From NCBI GenBank assembly GCA_945888515.1, contig CAMDAD010000010.1, forward strand, positions 39,608 through 103,607: a stretch of DNA of 64,000 nt, read 5' to 3'. Position 1 is the first letter of the stretch; each line of letters begins with the position of its first letter. The notes under the pieces are model-generated. The model did not search any database. It was not told the origin of the DNA and saw only the letters and a program-made list of their open reading frames with translations. Of this stretch, positions 28,096 through 38,984 are shown piece after piece. The DNA comes from Akkermansia muciniphila. GTDB lineage: Bacteria > Verrucomicrobiota > Verrucomicrobiia > Verrucomicrobiales > Akkermansiaceae. The position numbers and the translations under genes are program-made.

Positions 28096-31000
28096 ATGAA
28101 AGCACTCTTCCAAGTCCTCTCCTCCCTACTTTCCGCGATCGCAATGGTCGTGGGTGCCCTTATCGGAACGTGGCAGCCACCCAATTGGTTGCGCTGGATC
28201 AGCGGAAAAATCCTGATCATCCTCGCGAAGCGCCCGCGCACTTGGGCGGGGCTGGGCGTGACCGCTGTGGCGATCTTTTTCGGCGTGCAGCAGTGGCAGA
28301 AATGGTGGGACATGCATCGCCCGCAAGAGCGACAGTTGGTAGTTCTGCGCGAACTGGGCGTCACTGTCACGCCCCCGCCCGTGACGGTATGGAAAGACGG
28401 AAAACCGACCTTTGGCTCGTTGACAGTGGTGTTTAGCGATGCTGCCGCGCCCTTGGAGAAAATCAAACAAATCGTCACCGATGTCGTCGTGATTCAGCCC
28501 GATACGCTGGGTTCGTGGACTTGGACGAATGATCGCACGCTCGAGTTCGCCCCGCAGCAGGAGTGGCTGGCAGGTCAGGAATATTCCCTTGCGTTGCAGC
28601 CCGCGGCCTTTCCCGCGGAGGTGAAACTCACGACGCCCAAGCCGACCTTCCGCACGGCCGCGCTGCAAGTCAACGTGGTGAGCTATCAGTTTTACACCCA
28701 GCCCGATCAACCCGACATCCATGAACTCACTGCGACCCTGCGCGGCAACTATGCTCTCACGCAAGAGGCCCTGCAGGCGCAGGTGCGTCTGCAGTCTCTG
28801 GCGGAGAAACCAGAAGCCTTCGGCGGAGCCGCGCCCACTTACACGCTGAAAGCCAGCACGTCGCCGAACGAATGGTATTTCCGCAGCGCCCGTGTGCAGG
28901 TGCCGAGTCGGGCGGAAGAGGTAAAACTAACCATCGCCCAGGGCCTGCGCGCTGTGAGTGGTGGCGAAGCACTGGCCGCCGATGTAGTGGCAAAAGCCGT
29001 GGTGCCCGATAAATTTTCGGCGCTGAAAATCACCGCCGCTGAGCCGAAGGTGATCAAGAACGAACAGGGCGAGCCGAAGCAGTTTCTGACCATGGCCACC
29101 AGCCTGGGTGTCTCGCCGCTGGAGCTGAACAAACGAGTGCATCTCTGGCGTCTGAGTCCTGAGGATGATGATGATTTACGCTCTGGTCGCAAAACGGAAA
29201 ACGGCGTGACCACTGAAATTCTGGCGCGCGCGACTAAGATTCCGTTAGAGCGAGTGCAGCAGGGGGAAGAGTCGCCGTATCCGAAAACGCATGGCTATCA
29301 GTTTTTCTCGCCCATGCCCGGGCGCTTGTTCCTGCGCGTCGATTCCGAATTGCCCGCTCTGGGTGGGTTCGTGCTGGCAGAGGAATACCGGGATTTGTTT
29401 TCCGTGCCCCCTTATCCGATGGAGCTCGAGTGGACAGGCAAGGGCATGGTGCTGGCCTTGCAAGGGGAAAAAACCATTCAGTTCAAATCGCGGGGAGTTG
29501 ATTTTATCAAACTGACCTGCGGGCGTGTGCGTGCGAGTGAGGTCAATCACATGATCACGCAAAATGACTATGGCGATTTTTCGAATCCCGATCTCGATGG
29601 CGGCTTCAGCAAGGATAACCTCGTTCGCAGTCAGACCTTCATCGTGCGTGTGGAGAAAAAAAACAACTGGGACGCATGTTTCACGGCGTTCGATCTAGGA
29701 AAAGCCATGGCGAACGCGGACCCGAGCGATATCGAACCCTCACGCGGCTTGTTTTTTGTAGAGGCGGAGGCCGTTATTCCTTCACTACCGAGCGAAAAAG
29801 ATACCTCTGTCTATTCCCGCATCGATGAGCCAGAAGATGCGTATTATTATGAAGACGATAGCGATGGCTACCGCGAAATCGATTCCGACGGAGCGCAAAA
29901 AAATCTTGTCAACGCAAACGGTTCCACGTCCCAAGCAAGCGAATGGTTTTCTGATGTAAAGCCCGGTGGAGTCGTCCATTGGGTGAGTCGTGATTTACTT
30001 AGCAAGCGTTTTATTATGCTCACCGATCTTGGGCTTCTAGTTAAGACCAATGCCGATGTGAGCCGCGATGTGTTTGTGATGTCGCTCAGCGAACAAAAAC
30101 CCGTTTCTGGTGCCATTGTCGCGATGATTTCCCGCAATGGTAGCACACTGGCCGAGTCGGTCACCGACGCCATGGGGCGTGCTTCATTACCCAAGCCTAA
30201 GGTCACGGCAAAGGAGCAACAGGCAGTGGCTCTGGTGGTGCGACGCGGCACTGATCTTTCTTTCATCCCGCTGCGGCCCGGACAGTTGCCGGCCATCGAT
30301 TATTCCCGTTACGACGTTGACGGCATACTGCAATCTCGTGCGCAGGCGGTGGAAGCGCACATCTTTACTGAGCGCGGCGTTTATCGTCCGGGCGATACCG
30401 TCCATTTTGCCGCGATTGTGAAACGTCGTGATTGGCAATCCGTCATTGAGGGATTACCAGTGCGCGCCAGTTTGCGCGATAGCGAGGGCAATGAGGTCGC
30501 GACAAAAAATTTCAAGTTGCCTGCCGATGGCTTAATTGATGGCGATCTTGTGACGTCCGAGAATCATCCCACGGGGGTGTATGAACTTTGCCTGTGGGTG
30601 CTCAATCGCGATGAAACGACGGTGCAGTTTCTGTTAGGTCGTATTGCGCTACGAGTCGAGGATTTTCGCCCAGATCGCATGAAGATCAAAGTGGCATTCG
30701 ATCCCGCGCTGCCCAAGGGTTGGGTCAAGCCCACTGAACTGAGTGCCAATATTTCGTTAGAAAATTTGTTTGGCGCGCCAGCAGGGGAACGACGGATCAC
30801 TGGCCAGATGGTCTTGCAGCCTGCCAATTTCCGCTTTGATTCTTGGCCAGATTATCAGTTCTACAATCATACCTCCGGAACGTCCTACTCGATTGCTGGG
30901 AAAAAGATCGCACTCGGGGAAGTGAAGACTTCGGTAGAAGGCAATGCGCAAATGGCACTTGGTTTGCAAAATCTCGACAAGGTCAACCTGAGCGTCTCGT

Positions 31001-34000
31001 TGCAACTTGAAGGATTCGAAAGCGATGGCGGATTCGGCGTTCGCGATTCGCGCAGTTTCCTAGTATCGCCTTGGGACTACGTGGTGGGATTCGATGCCGA
31101 TTGCCAGTTGGACTACCTTGGCAAAGACACCGCCGGGAAAGTGAAATTCGTCGCTCTGGATCAGAACTTGCAGCCCAAAGCGGTGCAAGGATTGCGCTAC
31201 AAGCTGAGTGAAATGCGCTACGTTTCGGTGCTGCGACAGGAAGAGAATGGCAGTATGAGCTATGAATCGCAGCAACGTCAGGTGCTTGTGCGCGAGGAGA
31301 AAAAAGTGAACTGGGAGGCGGCACCCACTGAGTTGACGATCGATACTAGCAAAGTAGGAAATTTCACTTGGCAGGTGCTCAATGACAAGGACGAGGTCAT
31401 TTGCCAGTTCTCTTATCGAGTGGTAGGCAAGGGCCAAGAGGACCGCAGTCTGGAACGCGAAGCGGAACTGGGTCTGACGGTGGCACAGAAGTCGGTGAAA
31501 GCGGGCGGCGAGGTGGAGGTATCGATCGTGGCACCCTATGCCGGCGCTGGACTGATCACTCTGGAGCGGGAGAAAGTATTGTATGCGCAGTGGTTCACTG
31601 CCGATACCACTGCCACGGTGCAGCGCATCACCATCCCCGATGGTCTGGAAGGAACGGTTTATTGCAACGTGTCGTTCGTGCGTTCGTTGGACTCACCAGA
31701 CGTGCTGATGTCGCCATTGAGTTATGCGACGCAGCCACTGCGCATCGAGCCGGAAACAAGGCAACTGGCCGTAGAGCTGACGGCACCGAAAATCGTGAAG
31801 CCAGGCGATACTTTGAAGCTGCAGTATCGCACCGATCATCCTTCGCGCATCGTGGTCTATGCGGTGGATGAAGGCATTCACCAGATCACGCAATACAAAC
31901 GCCCTCAGCCGCTGGATTTCTTTTTCCGCAAGCAGGCGCTGGAAGTGCGCACGCAGCAGTGGTTCGATCTCTTGCTGCCCGAGTATCGTTTTCTCAAGCA
32001 AAATGCTGCCTTTGGTGGTGGTGCGGAAGGCATGCCGCCACTGACGATGACGCTCAATCCGTTCAAACGTAAACGCGATGCTCCTGTCGTGTGGTGGTCG
32101 GGCATTCAGAGCGCCGGGCCGGAGAGCAAGGAGCTGACTTACACTGTGCCGGATTATTTCGCAGGCACTCTCACACTCATGGCGGTGGCTGTAAATGAGA
32201 ACCGTGCTGGCTCGGCGCAAGCATCATCACTGGTGCGCTCGCCGCTGGTGCTAACGACTAATGCTCCTACGACGGTGACACCGGGCGATGAATTTACTTT
32301 TTCGGTCACGGTCACGAATCTGTTAGAGTCGGAAGGTCCTGCGGACGTGAGCTTGCGATTGGAGCCATCGGCTTCGTTGCAGGTGGTGGGTGAGGGGAAA
32401 GCTACGGTGGTTGTGGAGAAATCGCGCGAGGTGACGCATCGCTTTCGCCTGAAAGCGCTCGATTCGTTAGGCTCGGCGAGCATCAAATGCTACGCGGCGG
32501 CGGGTAGTGAAACGTCCGTGCGCACCGAGACGCTGAGTTTGCGCCCAGCGACTCCTTTCCGCACGCAGGTGAGAAGTGCCTACATTCGCACGAAGGACCA
32601 TGAGCAGGAAGTGACGCGCAGTTTGTATGAAGCCTATCGCCGCTGTGAAGTCGTGGCATCGCCCTTGCCGGTAGTCCTCGCCCTGGGCATGAAGGATTAT
32701 ATGTCGAGTTATCCGTATGATTGCACAGAGCAACTGACCAGTCGCGGCCTGACTATGATATCATATCGAGCAATGAAAGCTCTGCCGCAGCAAGAGGAAA
32801 GAACGGCGCAGTCCATCCATTCGATCATTGGACAGTTGCAAAGCCGACAGAGCTCTACGGGCGGCTTCGGTTACTGGCAGGGTAGCACGCGGGAGAGTGA
32901 TGACTTTCTGAATGCTTATGTCGCACATTTTCTGTTAGAAGCGAAAGAAGCTGGCTTTGCGATACCGCAGACGATGATCAATCGAACAAACAACAAATTG
33001 CGCGCGATCTGCCAGTCGGGCGAAGTGAACAGTCTCGGGCTCGCCGATCGCAAGGCTTACGCGATTTATTTGCTAACCCGACAGGGCGAACGTCCGAATG
33101 GCTTGTTGTCCCTGCGTGAGTCGCTCGACCGCAGCTTCGCGGATCAGTGGCAAACGCGCCTGTGTGGTAGTTTTTTGGCTTCGAGTTATGCCTTGCAGCA
33201 AAAGCCGGAAGAAGCCGAGAAAATTGTCAAAACGTGGAAGCTCGCCAAAGCTGTCGATTACAAAAACGGTGAGGATTATTGGTCACAGGTCGAGGTGGAC
33301 TCGTTGCTATCCTTCGCGATGCGTGCCCGCCATTTTCCCGATGCGGTGAAAAACTATGGCTATGCCGATTGGCAGAAGCTCTATGGTGTGTTATGGCAGC
33401 AGCGCTACAATACCATCACGGCATCTTGTGCGACCTTGGGCATGCGCGAGTTTGCCAAGGTGGTCGAGGCGAATGCGTTCCACTTCGAGATCGATGCCCT
33501 GCCTCGTGATGGCTCCGCCGCGCTGTCTTTGGTCAAGAGCGATGAGATTTTCGCGAAGGCCTCGTTTGCCGATGCGATGAAGTCGTTGAAATTCCGACTG
33601 GAGCAAAAAGAGGGTGATCAGGGGCTGTTCTATCAGGTGGTGGAAGAAGGTTATGATCGTGAGGCAACGACCAAGGTGCAAAAAGACGGTATTGAGGTCT
33701 ATCGGGAGATCACGACGATGGATGGCAAACCGATCGAGTCGCTGCCCGTGGGCGAGGCCATGAAAGTGACTTTGCGCATCCGCAATATCAGCAACATTCC
33801 GTTAGGTGATCTGGTGATGATTGATTTGCTGCCCGGTGGCTTCTCTCTGGAACCCGGCGTGATGAGTCCAGGTATCGGCACATTGCCGGGCACGGATCGT
33901 GTCGATCTGCGCGAGGACCGCAATTTATTTTTCTTCGGATTGCAAGGAGCAAAGGAGTTGACCGTCGAATACTCCTTGCGCGCCACCTGCGCTGGTGAGT

Positions 34001-34095
34001 TTGTCGTTCCTCCATTGTTTGCGGAATCGATGTATGACCGCGGTGTCAATGGTGTCGGTCTCGGTCGACGTATCAAAGTCACCTCACGCGAGTGA
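28096..34095 (+). CDS. bacterial alpha-2-macroglobulin family protein with thioester
   Basis: Thioester motif YPYDCTEQ (TGC ACA GAG CAA at 32722-32733). About 2000 aa. Followed by pbpC as in the YfhM-PbpC pairing. The ATG at 28096 gives a hydrophobic N terminus MKALFQVLSSLLSAIAMVVGAL. Confidence 0.93.
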   Translation: MKALFQVLSSLLSAIAMVVGALIGTWQPPNWLRWISGKILIILAKRPRTWAGLGVTAVAIFFGVQQWQKWWDMHRPQERQLVVLRELGVTVTPPPVTVWKDGKPTFGSLTVVFSDAAAPLEKIKQIVTDVVVIQPDTLGSWTWTNDRTLEFAPQQEWLAGQEYSLALQPAAFPAEVKLTTPKPTFRTAALQVNVVSYQFYTQPDQPDIHELTATLRGNYALTQEALQAQVRLQSLAEKPEAFGGAAPTYTLKASTSPNEWYFRSARVQVPSRAEEVKLTIAQGLRAVSGGEALAADVVAKAVVPDKFSALKITAAEPKVIKNEQGEPKQFLTMATSLGVSPLELNKRVHLWRLSPEDDDDLRSGRKTENGVTTEILARATKIPLERVQQGEESPYPKTHGYQFFSPMPGRLFLRVDSELPALGGFVLAEEYRDLFSVPPYPMELEWTGKGMVLALQGEKTIQFKSRGVDFIKLTCGRVRASEVNHMITQNDYGDFSNPDLDGGFSKDNLVRSQTFIVRVEKKNNWDACFTAFDLGKAMANADPSDIEPSRGLFFVEAEAVIPSLPSEKDTSVYSRIDEPEDAYYYEDDSDGYREIDSDGAQKNLVNANGSTSQASEWFSDVKPGGVVHWVSRDLLSKRFIMLTDLGLLVKTNADVSRDVFVMSLSEQKPVSGAIVAMISRNGSTLAESVTDAMGRASLPKPKVTAKEQQAVALVVRRGTDLSFIPLRPGQLPAIDYSRYDVDGILQSRAQAVEAHIFTERGVYRPGDTVHFAAIVKRRDWQSVIEGLPVRASLRDSEGNEVATKNFKLPADGLIDGDLVTSENHPTGVYELCLWVLNRDETTVQFLLGRIALRVEDFRPDRMKIKVAFDPALPKGWVKPTELSANISLENLFGAPAGERRITGQMVLQPANFRFDSWPDYQFYNHTSGTSYSIAGKKIALGEVKTSVEGNAQMALGLQNLDKVNLSVSLQLEGFESDGGFGVRDSRSFLVSPWDYVVGFDADCQLDYLGKDTAGKVKFVALDQNLQPKAVQGLRYKLSEMRYVSVLRQEENGSMSYESQQRQVLVREEKKVNWEAAPTELTIDTSKVGNFTWQVLNDKDEVICQFSYRVVGKGQEDRSLEREAELGLTVAQKSVKAGGEVEVSIVAPYAGAGLITLEREKVLYAQWFTADTTATVQRITIPDGLEGTVYCNVSFVRSLDSPDVLMSPLSYATQPLRIEPETRQLAVELTAPKIVKPGDTLKLQYRTDHPSRIVVYAVDEGIHQITQYKRPQPLDFFFRKQALEVRTQQWFDLLLPEYRFLKQNAAFGGGAEGMPPLTMTLNPFKRKRDAPVVWWSGIQSAGPESKELTYTVPDYFAGTLTLMAVAVNENRAGSAQASSLVRSPLVLTTNAPTTVTPGDEFTFSVTVTNLLESEGPADVSLRLEPSASLQVVGEGKATVVVEKSREVTHRFRLKALDSLGSASIKCYAAAGSETSVRTETLSLRPATPFRTQVRSAYIRTKDHEQEVTRSLYEAYRRCEVVASPLPVVLALGMKDYMSSYPYDCTEQLTSRGLTMISYRAMKALPQQEERTAQSIHSIIGQLQSRQSSTGGFGYWQGSTRESDDFLNAYVAHFLLEAKEAGFAIPQTMINRTNNKLRAICQSGEVNSLGLADRKAYAIYLLTRQGERPNGLLSLRESLDRSFADQWQTRLCGSFLASSYALQQKPEEAEKIVKTWKLAKAVDYKNGEDYWSQVEVDSLLSFAMRARHFPDAVKNYGYADWQKLYGVLWQQRYNTITASCATLGMREFAKVVEANAFHFEIDALPRDGSAALSLVKSDEIFAKASFADAMKSLKFRLEQKEGDQGLFYQVVEEGYDREATTKVQKDGIEVYREITTMDGKPIESLPVGEAMKVTLRIRNISNIPLGDLVMIDLLPGGFSLEPGVMSPGIGTLPGTDRVDLREDRNLFFFGLQGAKELTVEYSLRATCAGEFVVPPLFAESMYDRGVNGVGLGRRIKVTSRE

Positions 34096-36350
34096 AATCC
34101 AAGTTCCAGCGAATCTTCCGAGTAGGCATGATCGCCAGCAGCATCGTGTTGCTACTGGTTGGAGTTCTGTGGTTGACGATTCCACGCTGTGAGCTTTATC
34201 GGGAAGAGTTGACTTGGTCACCGCTGCTTCGCGATCGCGAGGGAAAGGTGCTGCATTTGGGACTGGCGAAGGATGAACGCTACCGCATCCGCGTGCCGCT
34301 TTCAGATGTTTCACCGAACATGATCAAGGCGACCTTGGCATTCGAGGATGAACATTATTTTTCCCATCCCGGGGTGAATCCATTGTCCATGCTGCGCGCT
34401 TTGCTCGGACGAATCCAGGGTGTAGCGCGTGGCGGTGGTTCTACTATTACGATGCAATACGCGCGTTTGCGGTTCGCTCTATCGACACGCTCGATCACTG
34501 GAAAATTCCAGCAAATGCTTTGCGCGGTTCAGTTGGAAAAATACTACACCAAGGAGCAAATTCTCGAAGCTTATCTGAACACCGCGCCCTATGGAGGCAA
34601 TGTGGAAGGTGTGGCAGCGGCCAGCCTGCGTTGGTGCGGGCAGGAGTGCCGCGATCTGGCCGTAGCGGAATCGGTGGCACTGGTGATGCTGCCCCAGCGT
34701 CCCGCCCTGCGCCGTCCGCGGCCGGGTGTGGAAGAGTCGCTTGGCACTCTCGCTACACGCAAGCGCTTGTTGCAAAAGCTTGGCCAAGCGGATGAACTGC
34801 TGGCGGAATACCGGTGGGAGAAGATTCCCGTGCCGCGCGAAGTGCCTCATCTGGCGCGTCGATGGCGCGGAGAGGCAGTTGTTTCGACCATCGATCGCAG
34901 GATGCAGAGTGTGGTGGAGCAGACCGTGCGCGATTATTTGCTGCGCGTGTCGGAAAAAGGCGTCAACAATGCTGCTGTGATGATTGTTGACGCACCGACG
35001 CGGCAGGTGCGCGCCTATGTGGGTTCAGCCGATTTTTTTCAAGAGCAGATCGAGGGTCAGATCGATCTCTGCTGCGCCAAGCGCTCGCCGGGTTCTCTCT
35101 ACAAACCGTTTCTCTATGGCCTAGCGATCGAGCAAGGATTGCTTCACCCGAATACGCTTGTGGCGGATGCGCCTATGCGCTTTCGCGATTACAATCCGGA
35201 AAATTACGAACGCGATTTTCTGGGTCCCGTGAAGGCGGGCGAGGCACTTCATCGCAGTCGCAATCTCCCAGCAATTGCACTGATGAGGCGCGTGAAGGGT
35301 CATGGACTCTACCACTATCTTACGCAGGCCGGTTTGCATTTCGAACATCGCCCCGACCACTACGGACTCGCGCTCGCACTGGGAGCTGCCTCCGCCACCC
35401 CGCAGGAAATGGCGATGCTGTATGCCTCTCTCGCTGATGATGGACTGCCACGGCCGCTCGTTTATGAGTTAGGAAAAGAACCGTCGTCGATATCACAAAC
35501 TCCTGCCTTTAGTGAAGGCACACGCTGGTTGATCCGGCACATGCTCGTGGATCCTCCGCAAGGAGATCCTTTTCAGGTGCCCACCGTTTCCTTCAAGACT
35601 GGCACCTCGCAGGGATTTCGTGATGCTTGGGCGATTGGTATGAGCGGGTGCTCGGTGATCGTGGTATGGGTGGGCCACACCGATGCCCGCTCCCATCCGG
35701 CGCTGGAAGGCCGCGCCATGGCGGCTCCGCTGCTGAATGAATTGTTCCGTCGCACGGGCCTTTCCGCGCCTTTGCCAGCACCGCCGCAGAGTGTGAAAAA
35801 AGTGGAGCTTTGCGCGGTTTCGGGTATGATTCCCTGTGAACATTGCCGTCACCGCAGCAGTGGGTGGTTTCTTGCTGGCGTGTCGCCTATCGTGCCCTGC
35901 GATATGCATCGCTTGGTGTGGATCGACCAACGCACCGGACTCCGCGTCGCCCCGCGCGATGACGACTCTAACGTAAAACCCCAGATCTGCGAATTTTGGA
36001 CACCGGAATTTTTGGAACTCTTCCGCCTCGCAGGCCTTCCTCGTCGGTCGATTCCTGAGAGCGCAGAGGTCATAGCGCAGTCGAACGAAGCTCCGCAAAT
36101 CCTTACACCGATGCCTGACCATCTCTATCAGATCGCGAACGGGCCGCAGTCGGGCCTCATCTGCAAAGCCAAGGCCGCGGCAGGTGTGAGTCGATTGTTT
36201 TGGTTCGGCAATGGCGAGTTTCTCGGCTCCAGCAAGCCGAGCGAGGCCTTTATATGGCAAGAAGCGGATGGAAGAAATGAAATCCACGTCATGGACGACC
36301 GCGGCATGTCCGCCACCGTGCGCGTGACGGTGGAGCGACAATCGCCGTGA
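34092..36350 (+). CDS. pbpC: penicillin-binding protein 1C (PbpC)
   Basis: GT51 motif EDEHYFSHPGVNP, transpeptidase SxxK (SLYK) and a C-terminal PbpC-type domain. The GTG start overlaps the A2M stop (GTGA). Alternative ATG at 34128. Confidence 0.93.
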   Translation: MKSKFQRIFRVGMIASSIVLLLVGVLWLTIPRCELYREELTWSPLLRDREGKVLHLGLAKDERYRIRVPLSDVSPNMIKATLAFEDEHYFSHPGVNPLSMLRALLGRIQGVARGGGSTITMQYARLRFALSTRSITGKFQQMLCAVQLEKYYTKEQILEAYLNTAPYGGNVEGVAAASLRWCGQECRDLAVAESVALVMLPQRPALRRPRPGVEESLGTLATRKRLLQKLGQADELLAEYRWEKIPVPREVPHLARRWRGEAVVSTIDRRMQSVVEQTVRDYLLRVSEKGVNNAAVMIVDAPTRQVRAYVGSADFFQEQIEGQIDLCCAKRSPGSLYKPFLYGLAIEQGLLHPNTLVADAPMRFRDYNPENYERDFLGPVKAGEALHRSRNLPAIALMRRVKGHGLYHYLTQAGLHFEHRPDHYGLALALGAASATPQEMAMLYASLADDGLPRPLVYELGKEPSSISQTPAFSEGTRWLIRHMLVDPPQGDPFQVPTVSFKTGTSQGFRDAWAIGMSGCSVIVVWVGHTDARSHPALEGRAMAAPLLNELFRRTGLSAPLPAPPQSVKKVELCAVSGMIPCEHCRHRSSGWFLAGVSPIVPCDMHRLVWIDQRTGLRVAPRDDDSNVKPQICEFWTPEFLELFRLAGLPRRSIPESAEVIAQSNEAPQILTPMPDHLYQIANGPQSGLICKAKAAAGVSRLFWFGNGEFLGSSKPSEAFIWQEADGRNEIHVMDDRGMSATVRVTVERQSP

Positions 36351-36474
36351 TTTACGGCGCAGGACGGCGTTGTCCTATCGCAAAAAACCTAAAGCAACGA
36401 TGTCATTCTGCTATTGCGATATCACCTGTTCTTCGACAAGTTGAGTCTGTTGAGGCAGGGGAAATGGCTGACTT

Positions 36475-37107
36475 TTACAATTCTTCTGCGAGAGACTCGC
36501 GAAGGTTGGCACGAGCACGAAACAGCAGGCTTTTTACCGATGACACACTGGTGCCCAGAGCGGAAGCAATTTCTTCGTAGTCGAGGCTCTCGAAGGTGCG
36601 CAGCACCACTGCCAGGCGCTGCTGCTCGGGCAAGGCGGCGATGGCACGATCGATGGTGCGGTGACGTTCGCTTTTTTCCAGCCGCTCGGCGGGTTGGAGG
36701 GCTTCATCGGCGCGATTCAGTGCCGGATGAGTGGCCTCTTGTGCGTCGTAGGAAACTTCTTTTTTCCGACCGCGACGCCGACTCTCATTAAAGACCATAT
36801 TCCTCATGATGGTAAAAAGATATGTCGTGAATTTCGCATCATGCGTCCACTTCGGGGCCGTTTGCCAAATTTTAACAAAAACCATCTGCGCGATGTCCTC
36901 TGCTTCGGTCGCATCATTGAGCATGCGCGCCACGGTGCCCACCACCGACTGTTGGTGACGCTGTATCAATTGCCGAAATGCTTGTTCATCACCTTGGGCC
37001 GTCGCACGCATCAGTGCGACGTCGATGGCATCTTCGGCATCGACGCCATCGGCTGAGGAACGAGGATGTTCAGGGGTGAATCCAGGCATGGAGAGGGCGG
37101 CCCTCAT
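36475..37107 (-). CDS. ECF-type RNA polymerase sigma-70 factor
   Basis: Region 2 EDIAQMVFVKIWQ...FTTYLFTIMRNMVFN and region 4 LPEQQRLAVVLRTFESLDYEEIASALGTSVSSVKSLLFRAR. ATGs at 37107 and 37089. Confidence 0.88.
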   Translation of the reverse strand: MRAALSMPGFTPEHPRSSADGVDAEDAIDVALMRATAQGDEQAFRQLIQRHQQSVVGTVARMLNDATEAEDIAQMVFVKIWQTAPKWTHDAKFTTYLFTIMRNMVFNESRRRGRKKEVSYDAQEATHPALNRADEALQPAERLEKSERHRTIDRAIAALPEQQRLAVVLRTFESLDYEEIASALGTSVSSVKSLLFRARANLRESLAEEL

Positions 37108-37198
37108 GGTCTTGTAGAATGAACCGCAAGGAAAGGGATAAGTTGCGAAAAAAATGGCTTGGTGCGCTATCTCTTCCCTCATAGAATGGCTCTGCCAT

Positions 37199-38980
37199 AT
37201 GCCACGCATTCATGTTTTGCCCGACATCCTCGCCAGCCAAGTGGCTGCTGGTGAAGTCGTGGAACGTCCTGCGAGTGTGGTAAAGGAGTTGGTCGAGAAT
37301 TCGCTTGATGCTGGATCTAACGAAATTTTAGTGGAAATCGAGCGCGGCGGCGTTGCGCTGATTCGCATCACCGATGACGGCTGCGGCATGGAGCGCGAAG
37401 ATGCCTTGCTTTCGTTAGAACGTCATGCCACCAGCAAGCTGCGGACCAGTAGCGATCTTCACAACATTAGCACGCTTGGGTTTCGTGGTGAAGCGATCCC
37501 CAGTATCGCCAGCGTATCCCGCTTCCGACTCGTCACGCGCGAGCGGGAGTCGATCGATGGGACGGAGATCCAGGTGAACGGTGGGAAAATCGCCGATGTT
37601 CGTGCTGCTGGCTGCGCACCGGGCACCATGATTGAAATCAAACAGCTTTTTTACAACATCCCCGCGCGGCGGAAATTTCTCAAAGCCGAGAATACCGAGG
37701 CCTCGCATGTGGAGCATGAAGTGCGACTCCACGCGTTGTCCGCGCCATCGGTGCGTTTCCGCTACCGTCGCGATGCGCATGAGGTATTGGAATTGCCTGC
37801 GGTGCCGCGCAAAAGCGATCGGTTGCGCCATTTGTTAGGTGTGGAAAGTGCGCGCGAACTGATCGAAATTCCCTTGCATCACGGCAATGGATTTTCCGTG
37901 GAAGGCTTTCTTTTACCCGCCACGCACGCGCGGAAAGGTCGCAAGCATCAGTGCGTATTTTTGAATGGACGTCCCATAGAGGAAGTGGCGATTGCACGAG
38001 GTCTGAGTGAGGGATTCAAGGGTGGGTTGATGGAGGGGTTGCATCCCGCCGCTTGGTTGTGGATCGAAATGGATGCTGGGTTGGTCGATGTCAATGTCCA
38101 TCCCGCCAAACGCGAAGTGCGCTTTCACCGCAGTCATGAATTACGTGAGGGCATTACCTCTGCAGTCGCTCATGCGCTGCAACAACAACAACGCCGCAGC
38201 AGTGCGGCGACGGCGGACGAAATCCAACCGAGACAAGGGCAGGTGCGGTCGTTTTTTCCCTCTTCAGAGGTCCTCGCAAACCCACTACCATCCGCGCCGG
38301 TGGCGCATCCTGCCATCGCTGTTCCTGCGTGGATGCCGCGGGCTTTGCAACAGGAAATCCCATTGCCGCAAGAGCCGTCCGTGCGACCTGCACAAACGCA
38401 AGAGATGCGTGGTGCGGCTTCTTTCCGCTGGATCGGGCTGTTGCACCAGCGCTTCGCCTTGTTAGAGAGTCATGATGGATTGGTATTATTCGATCCCCGA
38501 GCTGCGCGTGAACGCATCGTCTATGAGCGAATGTTGCAGGTGCAGAACCACGGCATCGAGAGCCAAGGTTTACTCGTTCCGATGTTGATCGATCTGGATC
38601 CGCGCGAAATGGATGCGGTGCTCCACAATCAGGATGGGTTCGCGCAGGCCGGGCTCGAGTTGGGGGATTTTGGCGGTGGCACGTTGCAAATCCGCAGCCT
38701 GCCAGCGTTTCTCCATCTCACCGACCCGCTGGCGTTCATACACGAAGTGGTGGATGATCTGCTGTCTGGTGGCTCAGGTGGTGCGAAGCTTGCTTATGAC
38801 AAACTGGCTCGTTGTCTGGCGCGTCGCGCAGGCCTTCAGGAAACCATCACCGCTGAGCGCGTCAAGGAGTTGTTAGATCAGGTTTTTGACTGCGATCTGC
38901 CGTATTGCGCAGCAGATGGAAGACCAACACTGAGCGAGTTTTCACTGCGGGAGTTGGAGCGACGGATGGGAAATCGTTAG
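37199..38980 (+). CDS. mutL: DNA mismatch repair protein MutL
   Basis: MPRIHVLPDILASQVAAGEVVERPASVVKELVENSLDAG, plus DDGCGM and GFRGEAIPSIAS (GHKL ATPase motifs). Confidence 0.95.
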   Translation: MPRIHVLPDILASQVAAGEVVERPASVVKELVENSLDAGSNEILVEIERGGVALIRITDDGCGMEREDALLSLERHATSKLRTSSDLHNISTLGFRGEAIPSIASVSRFRLVTRERESIDGTEIQVNGGKIADVRAAGCAPGTMIEIKQLFYNIPARRKFLKAENTEASHVEHEVRLHALSAPSVRFRYRRDAHEVLELPAVPRKSDRLRHLLGVESARELIEIPLHHGNGFSVEGFLLPATHARKGRKHQCVFLNGRPIEEVAIARGLSEGFKGGLMEGLHPAAWLWIEMDAGLVDVNVHPAKREVRFHRSHELREGITSAVAHALQQQQRRSSAATADEIQPRQGQVRSFFPSSEVLANPLPSAPVAHPAIAVPAWMPRALQQEIPLPQEPSVRPAQTQEMRGAASFRWIGLLHQRFALLESHDGLVLFDPRAARERIVYERMLQVQNHGIESQGLLVPMLIDLDPREMDAVLHNQDGFAQAGLELGDFGGGTLQIRSLPAFLHLTDPLAFIHEVVDDLLSGGSGGAKLAYDKLARCLARRAGLQETITAERVKELLDQVFDCDLPYCAADGRPTLSEFSLRELERRMGNR

Positions 38981-38984
38981 GAAA

